Shown: positions 36,273 through 46,893 of the stretch, in pieces
Position numbering within the stretch: the stretch's first letter is position 1
Layout: each line of letters opens with the position of its first letter
Source of the DNA: Tubulanus polymorphus
Lineage: Eukaryota; Animalia; Nemertea
Direction: 5' to 3'
Assembly (NCBI RefSeq): GCF_964204645.1
Contig: NC_134026.1
Coordinates: forward strand, 30,987,432 to 31,051,431
Length of the DNA: 64,000 nt
Position numbers and translations under genes: made by a program
Notes under the pieces: generated by a model
Databases searched by the model: none
What the model was told of the DNA's origin: nothing
What the model saw: the letters and a program-made list of their open reading frames with translations, nothing else

Positions 36273-36461
36273 GTAACTATCACTATAAACTCTAGTTAAT
36301 GCTTCAGTATCTTTCATCATCATCAATATCATGGACGGTTAGAGGTCTATTGATGTGCGGCTCTTTTGGCAATAAATAGACATGATTAAGGTGACTGGAT
36401 TTCTAAAATCTTTCTGCTTTATCTAAAAGTGCCTTAGTCATTTCTTCTGCCTCTGGGGCCG

Positions 36462-36785
36462 GTTCCATAGTCATTGCTTAGACTTAAGACCAGTCTAAAA
36501 CTATCTTAGTTCTATAGCCAATCTAACAACTTAAGACCAGTTTAGCTTATTTTGGTTTTATAGCCAATCTAACAACTTAAAACCAGTTTAGCTTATTTTG
36601 ATTTATAGCCAATCTAACAACTTAAAAACCAGTCTAAAACTACCTTAGTTCTATAGCCAATCTAACAACTTAAAAACCAGTCTAAAACTACCTTAGTTCT
36701 ATAGCCAATCTAACAACTTAAGACCAGTCTTAAGATTTAAGACCACTTTCGGGCTTAAGTCTCGACTATGGAACCAGCCTCTGAT
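36462..36785. mobile_element. MITE family A, complete-looking copy with inverted termini (ggccggttccatagtcattgcttagacttaag ... cttaagtctcgactatggaaccagcc) in TMEM17 intron 3
   Basis: Terminal inverted repeats ~30 bp. Internal tandem of the ccaatctaacaacttaa(g/a)accagt unit. Confidence 0.8.
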
Positions 36786-36928
36786 TCTTAAAGCATGTAC
36801 GCAACTTCTAACATACGTTGGAGGAGAAGATCAGATTCTCTTAACAAATTGAAGATGATTGTCTTGTGATTGTCCTGCTGGATTTCAAAATTGTCTAAAC
36901 CTGTCACAATGAATTTATATATTTGTAG

Positions 36929-37243
36929 GTTCCGGAGCTGGCTGGTTGTTGGTTACTGACGATTATCATCCAGTTTCCGTTGACATTGTTCATCTTATTA
37001 AACGAAGCCACTTGGATTTTACCACTAGAGCGCGCCGCTAACATCGTCCTTCTCGCGTTCCTCGTCGTTCAGATGATATCCGGTTATTTCGCGATTCGTT
37101 CCATGGTTCATTTACAAGTGACGAAATTTCATTTGAAACAATTTCATGACCTCGAAGATTTAGACGGCGGTTTGCCTTTATACGAGGAGAACGGCAGTGG
37201 AGAAAACATCAGACATAGAATCAATTCCTCAAATAGAGCTTAG
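36929..37243 (+). CDS. TMEM17: TMEM17-like exon 4/4 (VPELAGCWLLTIIIQFPLTLFILLNEATWILPLERAANIVLL...*)
   Basis: Matches TMEM17 VPELAGFWLLSLLLQLPLILFLLFNEGL.NLPLEKA. Stop TAG at 37241-37243. Confidence 0.85.
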   Translation, partial: VPELAGCWLLTIIIQFPLTLFILLNEATWILPLERAANIVLLAFLVVQMISGYFAIRSMVHLQVTKFHLKQFHDLEDLDGGLPLYEENGSGENIRHRINSSNRA

Positions 37244-37972
37244 ACTTTAAAGAAACTTTGTTCACTTTAGGGTAGATATTTACCGGGTCCCTATTACTCC
37301 TTGATTAATGGACAATGATTTTAAAGATGCTTGAAACTCGTTTACAAAATGCACGAAACTCCTATCAATTTCGAGAATAGGCAATTTGAAATGTTCTCTT
37401 TTAAAACTCCATGAATGACTGATCTGTAGAGACCCTGATTTATCATGTCAGTCAAAAATAGTGTGAATTTCAGATGATGTTATAGGTTACTAGTTAGACT
37501 AGACTTAAGTGTAGTTGGTATGTAGCTAATTCAGTCAAGGTAACCCCAGTATATTTTTAAGTCCCAGTTAATGCCGCCTGGACCATAAAACTAGGCCCAT
37601 TGTATCAAAACAAGTTTATAGTCAAATTTCTGATCGATTCAAATGTATATTTAAAGTGTAAAATGTATATTATTTTTGATAGTTATTTTCTTAATAAAAA
37701 CTTCATATTTCATATAGCGTTAACTATTTGTGAACTTGTATTTTATGGTTTTTACAACGCGACAAGAAATCTAGTTCCACCTTCACAAATCCAGAATGAA
37801 AAAGATGAAATGTATTTTTAAGTTGGAAAATTTCACAGCGCAAATTTTCACACATGATTCTTTCATCGTGGTTTAACTCGAGATATACAACGCGATAATT
37901 TCGCTGGTTTTCGTCCTCCATAAAATCAATCAATAAATATCAATTATCATCTTATTGTAGACTTTCCATTAA

Positions 37973-38117
37973 TCAAGTTTTTGTTTCTCCCGAATTTTGT
38001 TCTAAATTTTTCCGGTAACACGCTAAACTACAAAGTCGAACCGAAGTCTTTGAACAATTGTACTTTTTGGGATTATTGCAACCTTCAACACCACACATTT
38101 CCTTCGCTTTAGGTGGC
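37973..38117 (-). CDS. INO80B: INO80B/PAPA-1 exon 8/8 (zf-HIT: CGVEGCNNPKKYNCSKTSVRLCSLACYRKNL...*)
   Basis: HIT zinc-finger Cys pattern like INO80B C.V.GC..PRRY.CS......CSL.CY. Stop at 37975-37973. Confidence 0.85.
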
Positions 38118-38351
38118 CTGAAAATATATATCAAAATTCCTTAAAAAATCATCGATTCAATTAAGACACAGTGACCACTTTCAGCCAATTTACAAATTCC
38201 TCGAGTTTTCCCTGATTTTTTCATGTTATATCAGAAAATTCCGAGGATTTTCTTTGTTTAAAATGTTACGATTAATTCATTTTTCATTGAATAACGTATT
38301 GATAAAGAGATATGCGGTCAGTAAAATTATCCAAATTTTATCACTACTTAC

Positions 38352-38470
38352 GGTAATGGTTCAGCTGATACAAGTGGATACTGAAATCCATGTGGAATAC
38401 TGACTCTGATACCAGATTTATTTGATAAATATCTGACTCGAGGAATATTCATCTTCTTGGAACCTTTCGA
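38352..38470 (-). CDS. INO80B: INO80B exon 7/8
   Basis: Acceptor gtttttcag, donor CC|gtaagt. In phase with exon 8. Confidence 0.6.
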
Positions 38471-38968
38471 CTGAAAAACACCCAAACAATTGATACAATC
38501 AAACAATCATGTAGTAATTTACTCATTATTTTTGTTTAGTCGCCGTTTATAAACTACATTATCAAAATTGCGATGATTTTCAACCCCTTCTGACGATGCA
38601 TATTACCAAAAATGTATTTTTGATATTACATAATATGAGAGGAAAGGCAGTACAAGTACTTTTAGGATACAACACCCTCTATTATCATTATCATTATTAT
38701 TACCATATTTAGTGCTCTGTACAAGGTACAAATACATGCTCCAAAGCACTTACAGCATATATTGGTTGACACAGACAATAACCGATTTATATGACAGATC
38801 CTAGAAGTTTGTAAATCCCCTAATAATCATGATCATCATCAATAATCATCATAATGTACAAAACAGGTCTCTACAAATGATGACGTGTGTCACATGCACC
38901 TCTATGAAGAAGAGGCCAATGTTTGTCCCTGTCTTCCTCCCTACGGTTGAGTATGAATAGCATCTTAC

Positions 38969-39025
38969 CCTCATTGCCTTATTCTTTGATTCCTGTTTCT
39001 TTAACAGGCGTTCTAATGTTAATTT
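38969..39025 (-). CDS. INO80B: INO80B exon 6/8 (KLTLERLLKKQESKNKAMR)
   Basis: Matches INO80B ...QTIERLTKT region. Acceptor ctttgcag, donor AGG|gtaaga. Confidence 0.65.
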
Positions 39026-39114
39026 CTGCAAAGAAGATGAAATAATCAGATTGTGAAAATAAATTATCTAAACCATCATCTAAAAACTAGTCAAATCATG
39101 TTTCAAATTCAAAC

Positions 39115-39215
39115 CTTATCTTTCTCCTGTTTTTCATGAGCCTGCTGCCGTCGTCTGCTGGCTGTTTGTTGGCGTCGAGCCAACTGTTCTTTAGTCAATT
39201 CCACTGATTTCGTTT
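39115..39215 (-). CDS. INO80B: INO80B exon 5/8 (basic coiled region TKEQLARRQQTASRRRQQAHEKQEKDK)
   Basis: Resembles INO80B LLKREERARKRRLQAARRAEEHKNQ. Splice sites ttcag / AAG|gtttga. Confidence 0.65.
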
Positions 39216-39359
39216 CTGAAACATCAATCAAACGATCATTATCTCCAGTTTTCTAAAATGAAATTTCCCCGACTTTCCCCTGATATTCTGGTAAGAGGCG
39301 CCACCCTGTAATCACAATTTCTGTACTATTGTTATTAAAAGGGCAGTTAGTGTTTTTAC

Positions 39360-39539
39360 CGATTGGTAACTGTAACAATTCTTTTTCTTTTTTTCCGTGA
39401 AGTAACGCTTTCTGACGAGTTGTCAATAGTTTTTTATCTTTTGATTTTTTCAGTTCGCCATTATCATCTAAATCTCCTTTCTCTAAAGCATCTAACCACT
39501 GTTTCTCTTCATCTGAAGTATCATCATTTTCATCCTTTA
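39360..39539 (-). CDS. INO80B: INO80B exon 4/8 (PAPA-1 region: DEEKQWLDALEKGDLDDNGELKK...LLTTRQKALL)
   Basis: Near-identical to human INO80B EEEEQRWLDALEKGELDDNGDLKKEINERLLTARQRALL. Acceptor tatttcag, donor G|gtaaaa. Confidence 0.9.
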
Positions 39540-39629
39540 CTGAAATATCAAGTCAGAAAAAAAAACCATTGAATAAATTTTCATCTCAGGAGAGAAACAC
39601 AATTTCAAAGTTGATATTTATTTACCGAC

Positions 39630-39688
39630 CTCCTTTAGATGCCGAGATGGGTAGAACTTCAGCGCTTGCCAGGGCTGTTTTAGTAACG
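39630..39688 (-). CDS. INO80B: INO80B exon 3/8 (SVTKTALASAEVLPISASKG)
   Basis: Matches human GTKSVPTFTVIPEGP region. Acceptor ttatacag, donor G|gtcggt. Confidence 0.6.
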
Positions 39689-39888
39689 CTGTATAAAACA
39701 ATACCATCAATTATTAGTATAAAATAGTAAACCATATAAACGAAATGAATGATGTCATTCAGAAACTCTTCAGTAAAACTTGCTGCTGGTTATAGTTGTC
39801 ACAATTATTTTAAAATTTGGATTCAATAATAGAAGAGACAACTTATCCGTAGCAAGTTTAACTGTAGCTTCAATAACTATATCTATAC

Positions 39889-40057
39889 CTGGTCGTGCCC
39901 AAGGTTTCTTTACCAATTTTGATTTTAAGTTTGATGGCAGGTTTAGGGCTATCGTCATCGACACTGATATATTCAGATGACTGATCCGCTGTTTCGCCAT
40001 GTTTACTCTTTTTGTGTTTCTTTTTATGTTTCTTGTGTTTTTTGTGAGGTGGTGTTT
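39889..40057 (-). CDS. INO80B: INO80B exon 2/8 (HKKHKKHKKKHKKSKH...SPKPAIKLKIKIGKETLGTT)
   Basis: His/Lys-rich tract plus KLKIKLGG motif as in human INO80B (HKKKHKKHKKKHKKKHH...QLKLKIKLGGQVLGTK). Acceptor cttacag, donor AG|gtatag. Confidence 0.85.
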
Positions 40058-40425
40058 CTGTAAGAAATAACATGTAGCCGGTTTTTGTATGAACATAGAA
40101 TTCAAGCTGGTATGCTAGACACAGACACAGACCAGTTCAGCTCCAGCCGACAGGCCAGCAACATCCGACCAATCGGCACCACTCACTACTCCGGGGTGCC
40201 TGTGAGAGTGAGTATACCAGTATACTGGAGGGCTTTTTAACAGACAATCTGTCAAGAGAAGCTTGATGTAGTGGGCCCTAGCTGAGAAAAATTACATTTC
40301 TATGAGGAGAGGAGTGAAAACTAGACTCAGTTCAGTACCCAGTTCACAGACGGACTCTCTCTACTGACTACTCTCCTCACTCAGACTGCTCGCGGCGGTA
40401 TTATTGTCTAAACTATTTATTCTAC

Positions 40426-40591
40426 CTGGCTCTAAATCAAGGCTCGGGGCCGGGCATACGGCAGTTGTATCTACGTCTTCTGATTCTACAACTCCTCTTT
40501 TCTTTCCCATTTTGTTCGATTTTTTTCCTTGTTTCAGCAATTTATCGGTGTCTTTCACTAAATAGTGCGACGTATGCGACTTCCGGTTCAT
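40426..40591 (-). CDS. INO80B: INO80B candidate exon 1/8 (MNRKSHTSHYLVKDTDK...CPAPSLDLEP)
   Basis: ATG at 40591-40589. Donor CCAG|gtagaa gives phase 1 matching exon 2. Alternative start would be the in-frame ATG at 40073 inside exon 2. Confidence 0.45.
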
Positions 40592-40932
40592 CAATAAAAT
40601 TAGATTGCATTGAATTGCTGACTATAAAATAGTCATTTCAAACGGAAACATCGATTATAAGAAAAAAAAATTACTTTAGCTGACATAGTGGCTTACGTTA
40701 AAAATCCTTAAATTATTTGCTTTAAGCATGAACTACTTTAATTATTTTGATATTGAAAATTATTATTTTGATTATTTTTTTTGTTATTTAAACGCGGGTT
40801 TCTGTCATCATCGTTTCAGGTGCGCTCTTATATAACGCACACATGTTCATGTTCTCGTTACATGCGGAAACTTGTCTTGGAGTTTTTCTAGTGCTTATTT
40901 ATTAGTCTTGGTTGCCAGCAGTTTTTTGTGTA
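40592..40932. promoter_or_regulatory. Putative bidirectional promoter between divergent INO80B-like (-) and TLCD1-like (+) starts, ~340 bp
   Basis: Head-to-head gene starts. AT-rich with T-runs. No CpG island obvious. Confidence 0.35.
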
Positions 40933-41216
40933 ATGACTGGAAGTATGAATGAGTTGAAATCAGACTCTGCAGCAGCTGCAGCAGATGCTGGAGACAGTTT
41001 ACTATCCATGCACAATATACGAGTTGTATCTATAATTCTCATGTCGTTCGTATGTTTCCAATGTATCGATCAATTTCTGTACGTTGTATTCGATAAGATT
41101 CTTCCTCTGCGAATATCTGAACGAATTGTAGCCGTTAGAAGCTCGCAATGGCGATTCAACAATATATTTATTTCGTTCATACATTCCTGTTTGTCTGGAG
41201 TCGGATCGGTTTTGTG
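40933..41216 (+). CDS. TLCD1: TLC-domain protein (TLCD1/calfacilitin-like) exon 1/5 (...RSSQWRFNNIFISFIHSCLSGVGSVLW)
   Basis: Matches human TLCD1 LRTWRWHNLLVSFAHSIVSGIWALL. ATG at 40933, donor TG|gtaaga. Confidence 0.75.
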
Positions 41217-41531
41217 GTAAGAAAAAGAGCTTTTACTTTTTATTTACCACTTTCTTCTTAGTAGTTAGTATTAGTAATTTCTAATAATACAAAGTTTGCC
41301 TTCTTCATGGGTGTGGCCGGGGCTTGGTTAATCTATATATTAGAAGGGCTTCGTGTAATTTGCGATAAGTCATTACAATTGGTTTTAAACGATACAAATG
41401 ATGAGTAAGTCTGTCTAATTAGTAATGGGAGGGGCTAAGGGGGGCCAGGGCTGTTGAGTAGGGTGAGTGTGTCCGTAAGGGTTAGACTCTTTAACTTGTT
41501 GTTAAACATAATGTCTCAAATTGTATTGTAG

Positions 41532-41614
41532 TTTTTACTGGTTTCCACACATGGCTGAAAATATGTTCACATCTCACAACATTTATTCAATTTGTCTGGT
41601 GTCATTTTCTACTG
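41532..41614 (+). CDS. TLCD1: TLCD1-like exon 2/5
   Basis: Acceptor attgtag, donor G|gtaaga. Phase-consistent. Hydrophobic. Confidence 0.6.
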
Positions 41615-41927
41615 GTAAGAACCACTATAGTGCTGGATTTCAGATTCACAACTGTTAAAGAAATCAACTAGATTTAATTGAAGAACTGTTGAATGGGATC
41701 TTGTTTATAAATTAGGATCAACACTTATTACAATATTGACTTGAGCTTTAGAGTTGAATTGAACCGTGTAGGCCTATGCTGTGCATTTCATATCCTGCAA
41801 TCTCATTCATTATGAAATATTAATCGGGCATCATGACTTCATTGGTTGATTGAATTAACCACGTTGTCCTAATTCAGGATTTTTTTTGTTGGTTTGTAAT
41901 CAAGCTAATTGTTTGTCCTAATTTCAG

Positions 41928-42010
41928 GATATTTTCTACATGATTTTGTTCATAATACACATGGTGATAGTAAACGTAGTGCTCAAGAAATAATGGGTCA
42001 TCACGTAGTT
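41928..42010 (+). CDS. TLCD1: TLCD1-like exon 3/5 (GYFLHDFVHNTHGDSKRSAQEIMGHHVV)
   Basis: Matches TLCD1 GYFIHDTVDIVASGQTRASWEYLVHHVM. Confidence 0.8.
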
Positions 42011-42480
42011 GTAAGTTTGAACCTGTTTTAAATGTGAAATAAATGAAGAACATTTTAAACTTTGAATTCATTGTTAGAATGTTCATGATAAATACAATAG
42101 GAAGATAGATTGAATAGCGAAATTAATGGGTTTATCAGATTAACCAGCTGTTGGATTAATGCCAAATATTTGTGGTTAGATTTTTACCTGTATCAATTCA
42201 AATAGTAGTCAATATACATAGTAGACAAATCAATATTCAAGTCAAGCTTTTGATTTTGAAAATAATTTCATCCAATTTTCATGGCAGAACCGTTTCATAG
42301 AAATTGAGAAAGAAATTTAGCCTAGCAAATGAGTTCTACGGAGCTGTTCGTCGGTTCATCTCAATAGTGAAATCAATCAGCTGAGAGCCAAGAACCATGA
42401 AAAGTTTGTTATAAATTTAACTTCATGTATCAGAATGCTGTTTTAATTGTGCACTGGTTAAAACTTCATCCACTTTAATC

Positions 42481-42600
42481 AACTGGAGCCAATTCAACAG
42501 TTGTGAGTTGGAGTAAACTCAGAGTTAAAAAGTTAGTTTATTTTCAATGAGCAGACTCAAATCTTAATTCACACTGTGGAACTGGGTCCTGTTGGATCCT
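42481..42600. mobile_element. MITE family B copy in TLCD1 intron 3
   Basis: cagttgtgagttggagtaaactcagagttaaaaagttagtttattttcaatgagcagactcaaatcttaattcacactgtggaactgggtcc. Shares an internal core with 22200-22292 and 61105-61215. Confidence 0.7.
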
Positions 42601-42656
42601 TGTTTACCTGATCCCCTTTGCTGAAAAGTGATTAAGTGTTTTTTCTTGTGTTTTAG

Positions 42657-42828
42657 GTGATGGCTTGTTTTAGTTTTAGTTTATTCGCGCAGAAATACAT
42701 CACATATAGTTTAGTGTCGCTATTGGTTGAAGTAAACAGTATATTCCTGCACTCACGACAACTGATGCAGATTGCTAACATTTCACGCTCATCCATGACT
42801 TATCGGTTAAACAGTTTAGTCACAGTTG
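42657..42828 (+). CDS. TLCD1: TLCD1-like exon 4/5 (...SLLVEVNSIFLHSRQLMQIANISRS...)
   Basis: Matches TLCD1 LLVEVSNIFLTIRMMMKISN. Acceptor ttttag, donor G|gtaagt. Confidence 0.8.
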
Positions 42829-42867
42829 GTAAGTCATTCAATTCAGTCTAGAAAATATGTGATAATC

Positions 42868-43245
42868 CACAAGCAGTATTGGACCTGGTGGCATGCTCCT
42901 TGCTGCACCAGCAGTATCGCACCAGGTGGGGTGCTCCATGCTGCACCATCAGTATCGCGCCAAGTGGCGTGCTCCATGCTGCACCAGCAGTATCGCACCA
43001 GGTGGGGTGCTCCATGCTGCACCAGCAGTATCGCGCCAAGTGGCGTGCTCCATGCTGCACCAGCAGTATCGCACCAGATAGCGTGCTCCTTGCTGCACCA
43101 GCAGTATCACACCAGATAGTGTGCTCCATGTTGCACCAGCAGTATCGCACCAGGTGGGGTGCTCCATGCTGCACCAGCAGTATCGCACCAGGTGGGTAGC
43201 TCCATGCTGCACCAGCAGTATCGCACCAGGTAGCTATCGTCCCAC
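42868..43245. repeat. ~39-41-bp tandem repeat x ~9 (cagcagtatcgcaccaggtggggtgctccatgctgcac) in TLCD1 intron 4
   Basis: Direct copies. Overlapping ORFs on both strands (42826-43255) are artefacts. Confidence 0.9.
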
Positions 43246-43395
43246 CTATTCTCAATCATTTCTTAGTTCTAACTAGCGACACCAGGTGGATACTCATTTG
43301 CCACAAGTGGAATCTTTGATTGCCACAGTCGACTCCAAACATCAAAACAAATCCACAAATTACACGTTTATAAATGTTTTGTTTGTTTGTTTCAG

Positions 43396-43586
43396 GTACT
43401 TATATATTTTTCCGTATATCGACATTGAGTTGGCTGACTCGTTGGATCATGTTGAATAAGGATAGTATACCTATCCCAGCGTTCGCCCTCGGTAGTAGCG
43501 GCCTCTTTATAATGACTGTTATCAATATAGTTCTATTTATTCGTCTATTGAAATCAGACTTTTTTCGCAAAAACAAAGAAAGTTGA
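43396..43586 (+). CDS. TLCD1: TLCD1-like exon 5/5 (...FIMTVINIVLFIRLLKSDFFRKNKES*)
   Basis: Matches TLCD1 C-terminus IIYFSRLLRSDFCPEH. Acceptor gtttcag. Stop at 43584-43586. Confidence 0.8.
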
Positions 43587-44584
43587 ATCATAATTTTTTT
43601 TTTAGGTTGATATTTTTTGTCAAATTGTACAGTAAACTGGTTTGCTCAATTCATTATTTAATTAATGAATAGTTTTTCTGATTGTTAAAGTATAAGACCG
43701 AGCTGCCTCAGATCTAACTGGACCAATAAATACCCTCTCATGTACTCGGAATTCTTGGGCAGACGGAGCAAGGATGGGTCGTCATTATATGAATTTTGAG
43801 TATGAAAATTTCTTTTAAATGTATTTACGGTCAGGGGGCAGCAAGTGATAATCTGAAGCCGTCTGCTGCGCGGTAAACGCAGTCTGAGATCGATCGACTT
43901 ATGTTTACTCAATGTGTAAAACAAGATTACTGTTGTATTTGTAGAAGAGTTTGATACTGTTAAAATACAGCGGAACCTCGTAACAACGAACTCAGAAACA
44001 ATGATTCATCAGATATAACAAATATAGAATTTCGTCGCACATAAGAAAATTCAATCTATCGGTTATAATGAACATATTTTCTGGTCCCGTGAAGTTTGCT
44101 GTAACGAGGTTCTACTCTATTTACTTGTTGTGGTTCAATTATATAGTTGTAGTTCACGTATTTGTAAGATCAAAAGTATTTTTAAAAAGCCAGTTTGCAC
44201 TGAAATGTTTATTATAAAGGCAGCTTTGAAGATGGATACTGATTAAATCAATACGTGGTGAACTATAGGTATCAGTATCCTTTTCAGAATGTCTCGATTG
44301 ATAGAACTTCGAAGTTTTAATAATTAATTTGTCACATTTTTTATGAAGATTTATTTTCGTAGATCTACTTAGAAGAATTATACATTTTACAAATAACCCT
44401 TGATAATTATAAGCTAATGCGTAAATGTATCCGTCAAAAAAGGCTAGATATTCTTAATATGCAATGCTCAGGTAGCCTATTATCAGGGTTAACCCGTATC
44501 AGATCGGATGGTATTTATCAGGGAGTTTTACAAAATGTGGTCAAAACTACCATTTTTGTAAATTTGTTTTGACATAGAACGAAT

Positions 44585-44630
44585 ACATGTAAAATAGCAC
44601 ATCATCAATATGATGTGCTATTTTACATGT
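44585..44630. repeat. Perfect 21-bp-arm palindrome (acatgtaaaatagcacatcat caat atgatgtgctattttacatgt)
   Basis: Exact inverted repeat with 4-nt spacer. Intergenic. Confidence 0.85.
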
Positions 44631-45207
44631 GCATACTCAGGTGTGTACATTCTGTTGTTGGTATATCGATAATATGTGTTCCGTCCGATAGGTGGCGGCC
44701 ATGAAGCTTCTGGCTTGTACATGTAGTGTCCACGATAATAAATAAACATCTCTGTGATTGTTATTACTAGTAAACATGCCATTTTTTCGTCGATTTTATT
44801 TTTCATGGATCTGAGGAAATCAACAGTCGCCAGCCAGTTTATCATCGAGAATTATTTCCCCTGACAAGAGACATTATGATTTTTAATTGAAAATGCAATA
44901 CAAACACTACAGACATAGACATTCATCGGTACACTTTCAAAAACTGATCGTCCACACTTCACTTGGGTTCAGAACATTCGATCAGGATGAGGACTTGCTG
45001 TGGCTGATTGCACAGGGAACGGTTGGCCCGGGTCTGAAAACTACACTGAAGTCCTCGCGACATTGTAACACGTTTAGTCAAATGAACGACCTCATTATTA
45101 TTGCAAATGCAACTATCGTCATTATTGTAATTGTAAATAACTAATAGATACAGAATTCAGCGCTGCCTGTATTATATATACTGCATTGAGTGGGATAGAT
45201 CAGCAAA

Positions 45208-45777
45208 ATGTCTACGATTTGGATTTTGATGTTTATGGCGCTTCATTTTAATGTCAACGATAGTGCCTACATCAAAAGAACTGACACCTGTCAGGATATA
45301 ACGATTCCGATGTGTAAAATAGGATTGTCATACAATCAAACAAAAATGCTGAATGTCTTCAATCGGAACCAAGAAGAAGCTCTTTGGGACTTGTTTTTTT
45401 GGCCGCGGATAAATTGCAGCGATTCCCTGAATGAATTTCTATGTGCACTATACGCACCGCCGTGTTCCTCGGAACCGCCGTGTAAATCGCTATGCGAAGA
45501 AGTTACAAAAGCGTGTGAAGCTGCGATGAATAGCCTGGGATTTCTTTGGCCACACAAACTGAGGTGCGAAAATTTCAAACGGGAAACATCTTGTATCGGA
45601 GCCCGAGGTATTGAAAAATCTCAAAATCACGGACAGCTGAGTGTGATGACATTGATGGATCTGGAAAATCGTGTTGATTTCCTCGAATCACGAATAGAAA
45701 ACAGTGAAACATTTCGCGATAAAGTAAAAAATTTAGAGCAGCGAATTGAAGCTCTTGAACGCATTTTATTGAAGTAA
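45208..45777 (+). CDS. Secreted Frizzled-type cysteine-rich-domain protein with C-terminal coiled coil, paralog A (189 aa, intronless)
   Basis: Signal peptide MSTIWILMFMALHF. Ten Cys in FZ-CRD spacing (C..IPMC...GLSYN.T.M.N...Q.EA...CS..L..FLC..YAPPC...PC.SLCE..C....WP..L.C..F). Heptad-rich C-terminus [41 protein letters not shown]. Confidence 0.8.
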   Translation: MSTIWILMFMALHFNVNDSAYIKRTDTCQDITIPMCKIGLSYNQTKMLNVFNRNQEEALWDLFFWPRINCSDSLNEFLCALYAPPCSSEPPCKSLCEEVTKACEAAMNSLGFLWPHKLRCENFKRETSCIGARGIEKSQNHGQLSVMTLMDLENRVDFLESRIENSETFRDKVKNLEQRIEALERILLK

Positions 45778-46230
45778 CTATTTTAAATAATTCTGTAAAG
45801 AAACGATCAAATTTCAACAACAACAAAGATATAATCTCTGCGGTTAAATGATCGTTCAACTCATAAATCTTTAATTTCTCTTTTTTGAGTCATTGAATAA
45901 AAGATCTTTCTTCAAGAACTTCCACAAAAATCTGGTGATCTAGTTTTTTTTCGATTTTTCCTTTCCAACAACTTACACGAACCGGAGTTCGGAGTGAATC
46001 TGCTGTAATTTGTGCGGATAGGGGTGAATTCTGTTCCCACAGTGTCAACAACAGTTTCGTCATTAATGTTGTCATATTTCCAGGGTAGCGGGTGATCTAA
46101 TTGCAGAATTTACTAATATTGCCTCCTCTAATGACGTATCAAATTGTATGGGTGACCTAAACCTTTATTGGCATTTGGTTAGACTGGTTGCTGGTAGTTG
46201 AAGCTGCGCTAAACCGAATAGATCCACAAA

Positions 46231-46893
46231 ATGTCTCCAATTTGGATTTTCACGTTTTTTATGTTTTATTTTGGCGTCGGTGAAAGTTTTTTCAGGACAA
46301 GTGAAAACTGTGAGAATATACAGATGCCACTGTGTAAAGTAGGATTGTCGTACAATCAAACAAGAATGCCGAATATGTTTCATCATCAAAACCAAGAAGA
46401 AGCAGGTCTGGAGTTACATCAGTTTTTTCCGTTGGTTAAGGTGAGATGCAGTCCGAATTTAAAGGAGTTTCTATGCGCTATGTACGCACCACCTTGTTCT
46501 TCTGAACCACCGTGTAAATCACTCTGTGAACTTGCAAGAAATGGTTGTGAAACCCTCATGAACAGATTCGGATTTCAATGGCCAGAAAAAATGAACTGTA
46601 ACCATTTTCGAGATAATGAACCTTGTATCAGTGGAACTGCGACTCCAGCACCGCCAACAACACAGGAGCCGTCGACTCCACCACCAACCGAGGAGCCCTC
46701 TACTCCAGCACCAACCGAGGAGCCTTTGACTCCTGTGACGTCGAATAAACCGTTGAGCGTGAAATTAATGGATTTAGAAAATCGCGTTGAATTCCTCGAA
46801 TCGCTGATAGAAAACAGTGAAACATTTCGCGATAAAGTGAAAAATTTAGAACAGCGAATTGAAGCTCTTGAACGTATTTTATTGAAGAATTGA
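46231..46893 (+). CDS. Secreted Frizzled-CRD plus Pro/Thr linker plus coiled-coil protein, paralog B (220 aa, intronless)
   Basis: Signal peptide [17 protein letters not shown]. Same 10-Cys [27 protein letters not shown] mucin-like linker. C-terminal 40 aa nearly identical to paralog A. Confidence 0.8.
   Translation: MSPIWIFTFFMFYFGVGESFFRTSENCENIQMPLCKVGLSYNQTRMPNMFHHQNQEEAGLELHQFFPLVKVRCSPNLKEFLCAMYAPPCSSEPPCKSLCELARNGCETLMNRFGFQWPEKMNCNHFRDNEPCISGTATPAPPTTQEPSTPPPTEEPSTPAPTEEPLTPVTSNKPLSVKLMDLENRVEFLESLIENSETFRDKVKNLEQRIEALERILLKN

Noticed and set aside
40073-40075. ATG at 40073 as the INO80B start (MLFLTETPPHKK...)
   Set aside because: Kept only as an alternative. An upstream exon (40591-40426) splices in phase at CCAG|gtagaa and yields an N-terminus resembling human INO80B (…PEPGEALELS…HKKKHKK).
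42826-43255. Five overlapping ORFs on both strands (e.g. 135 aa at 42848-43255)
   Set aside because: All derive from the 39-bp tandem repeat in TLCD1 intron 4. Frames are open on both strands only because of the repeat periodicity.
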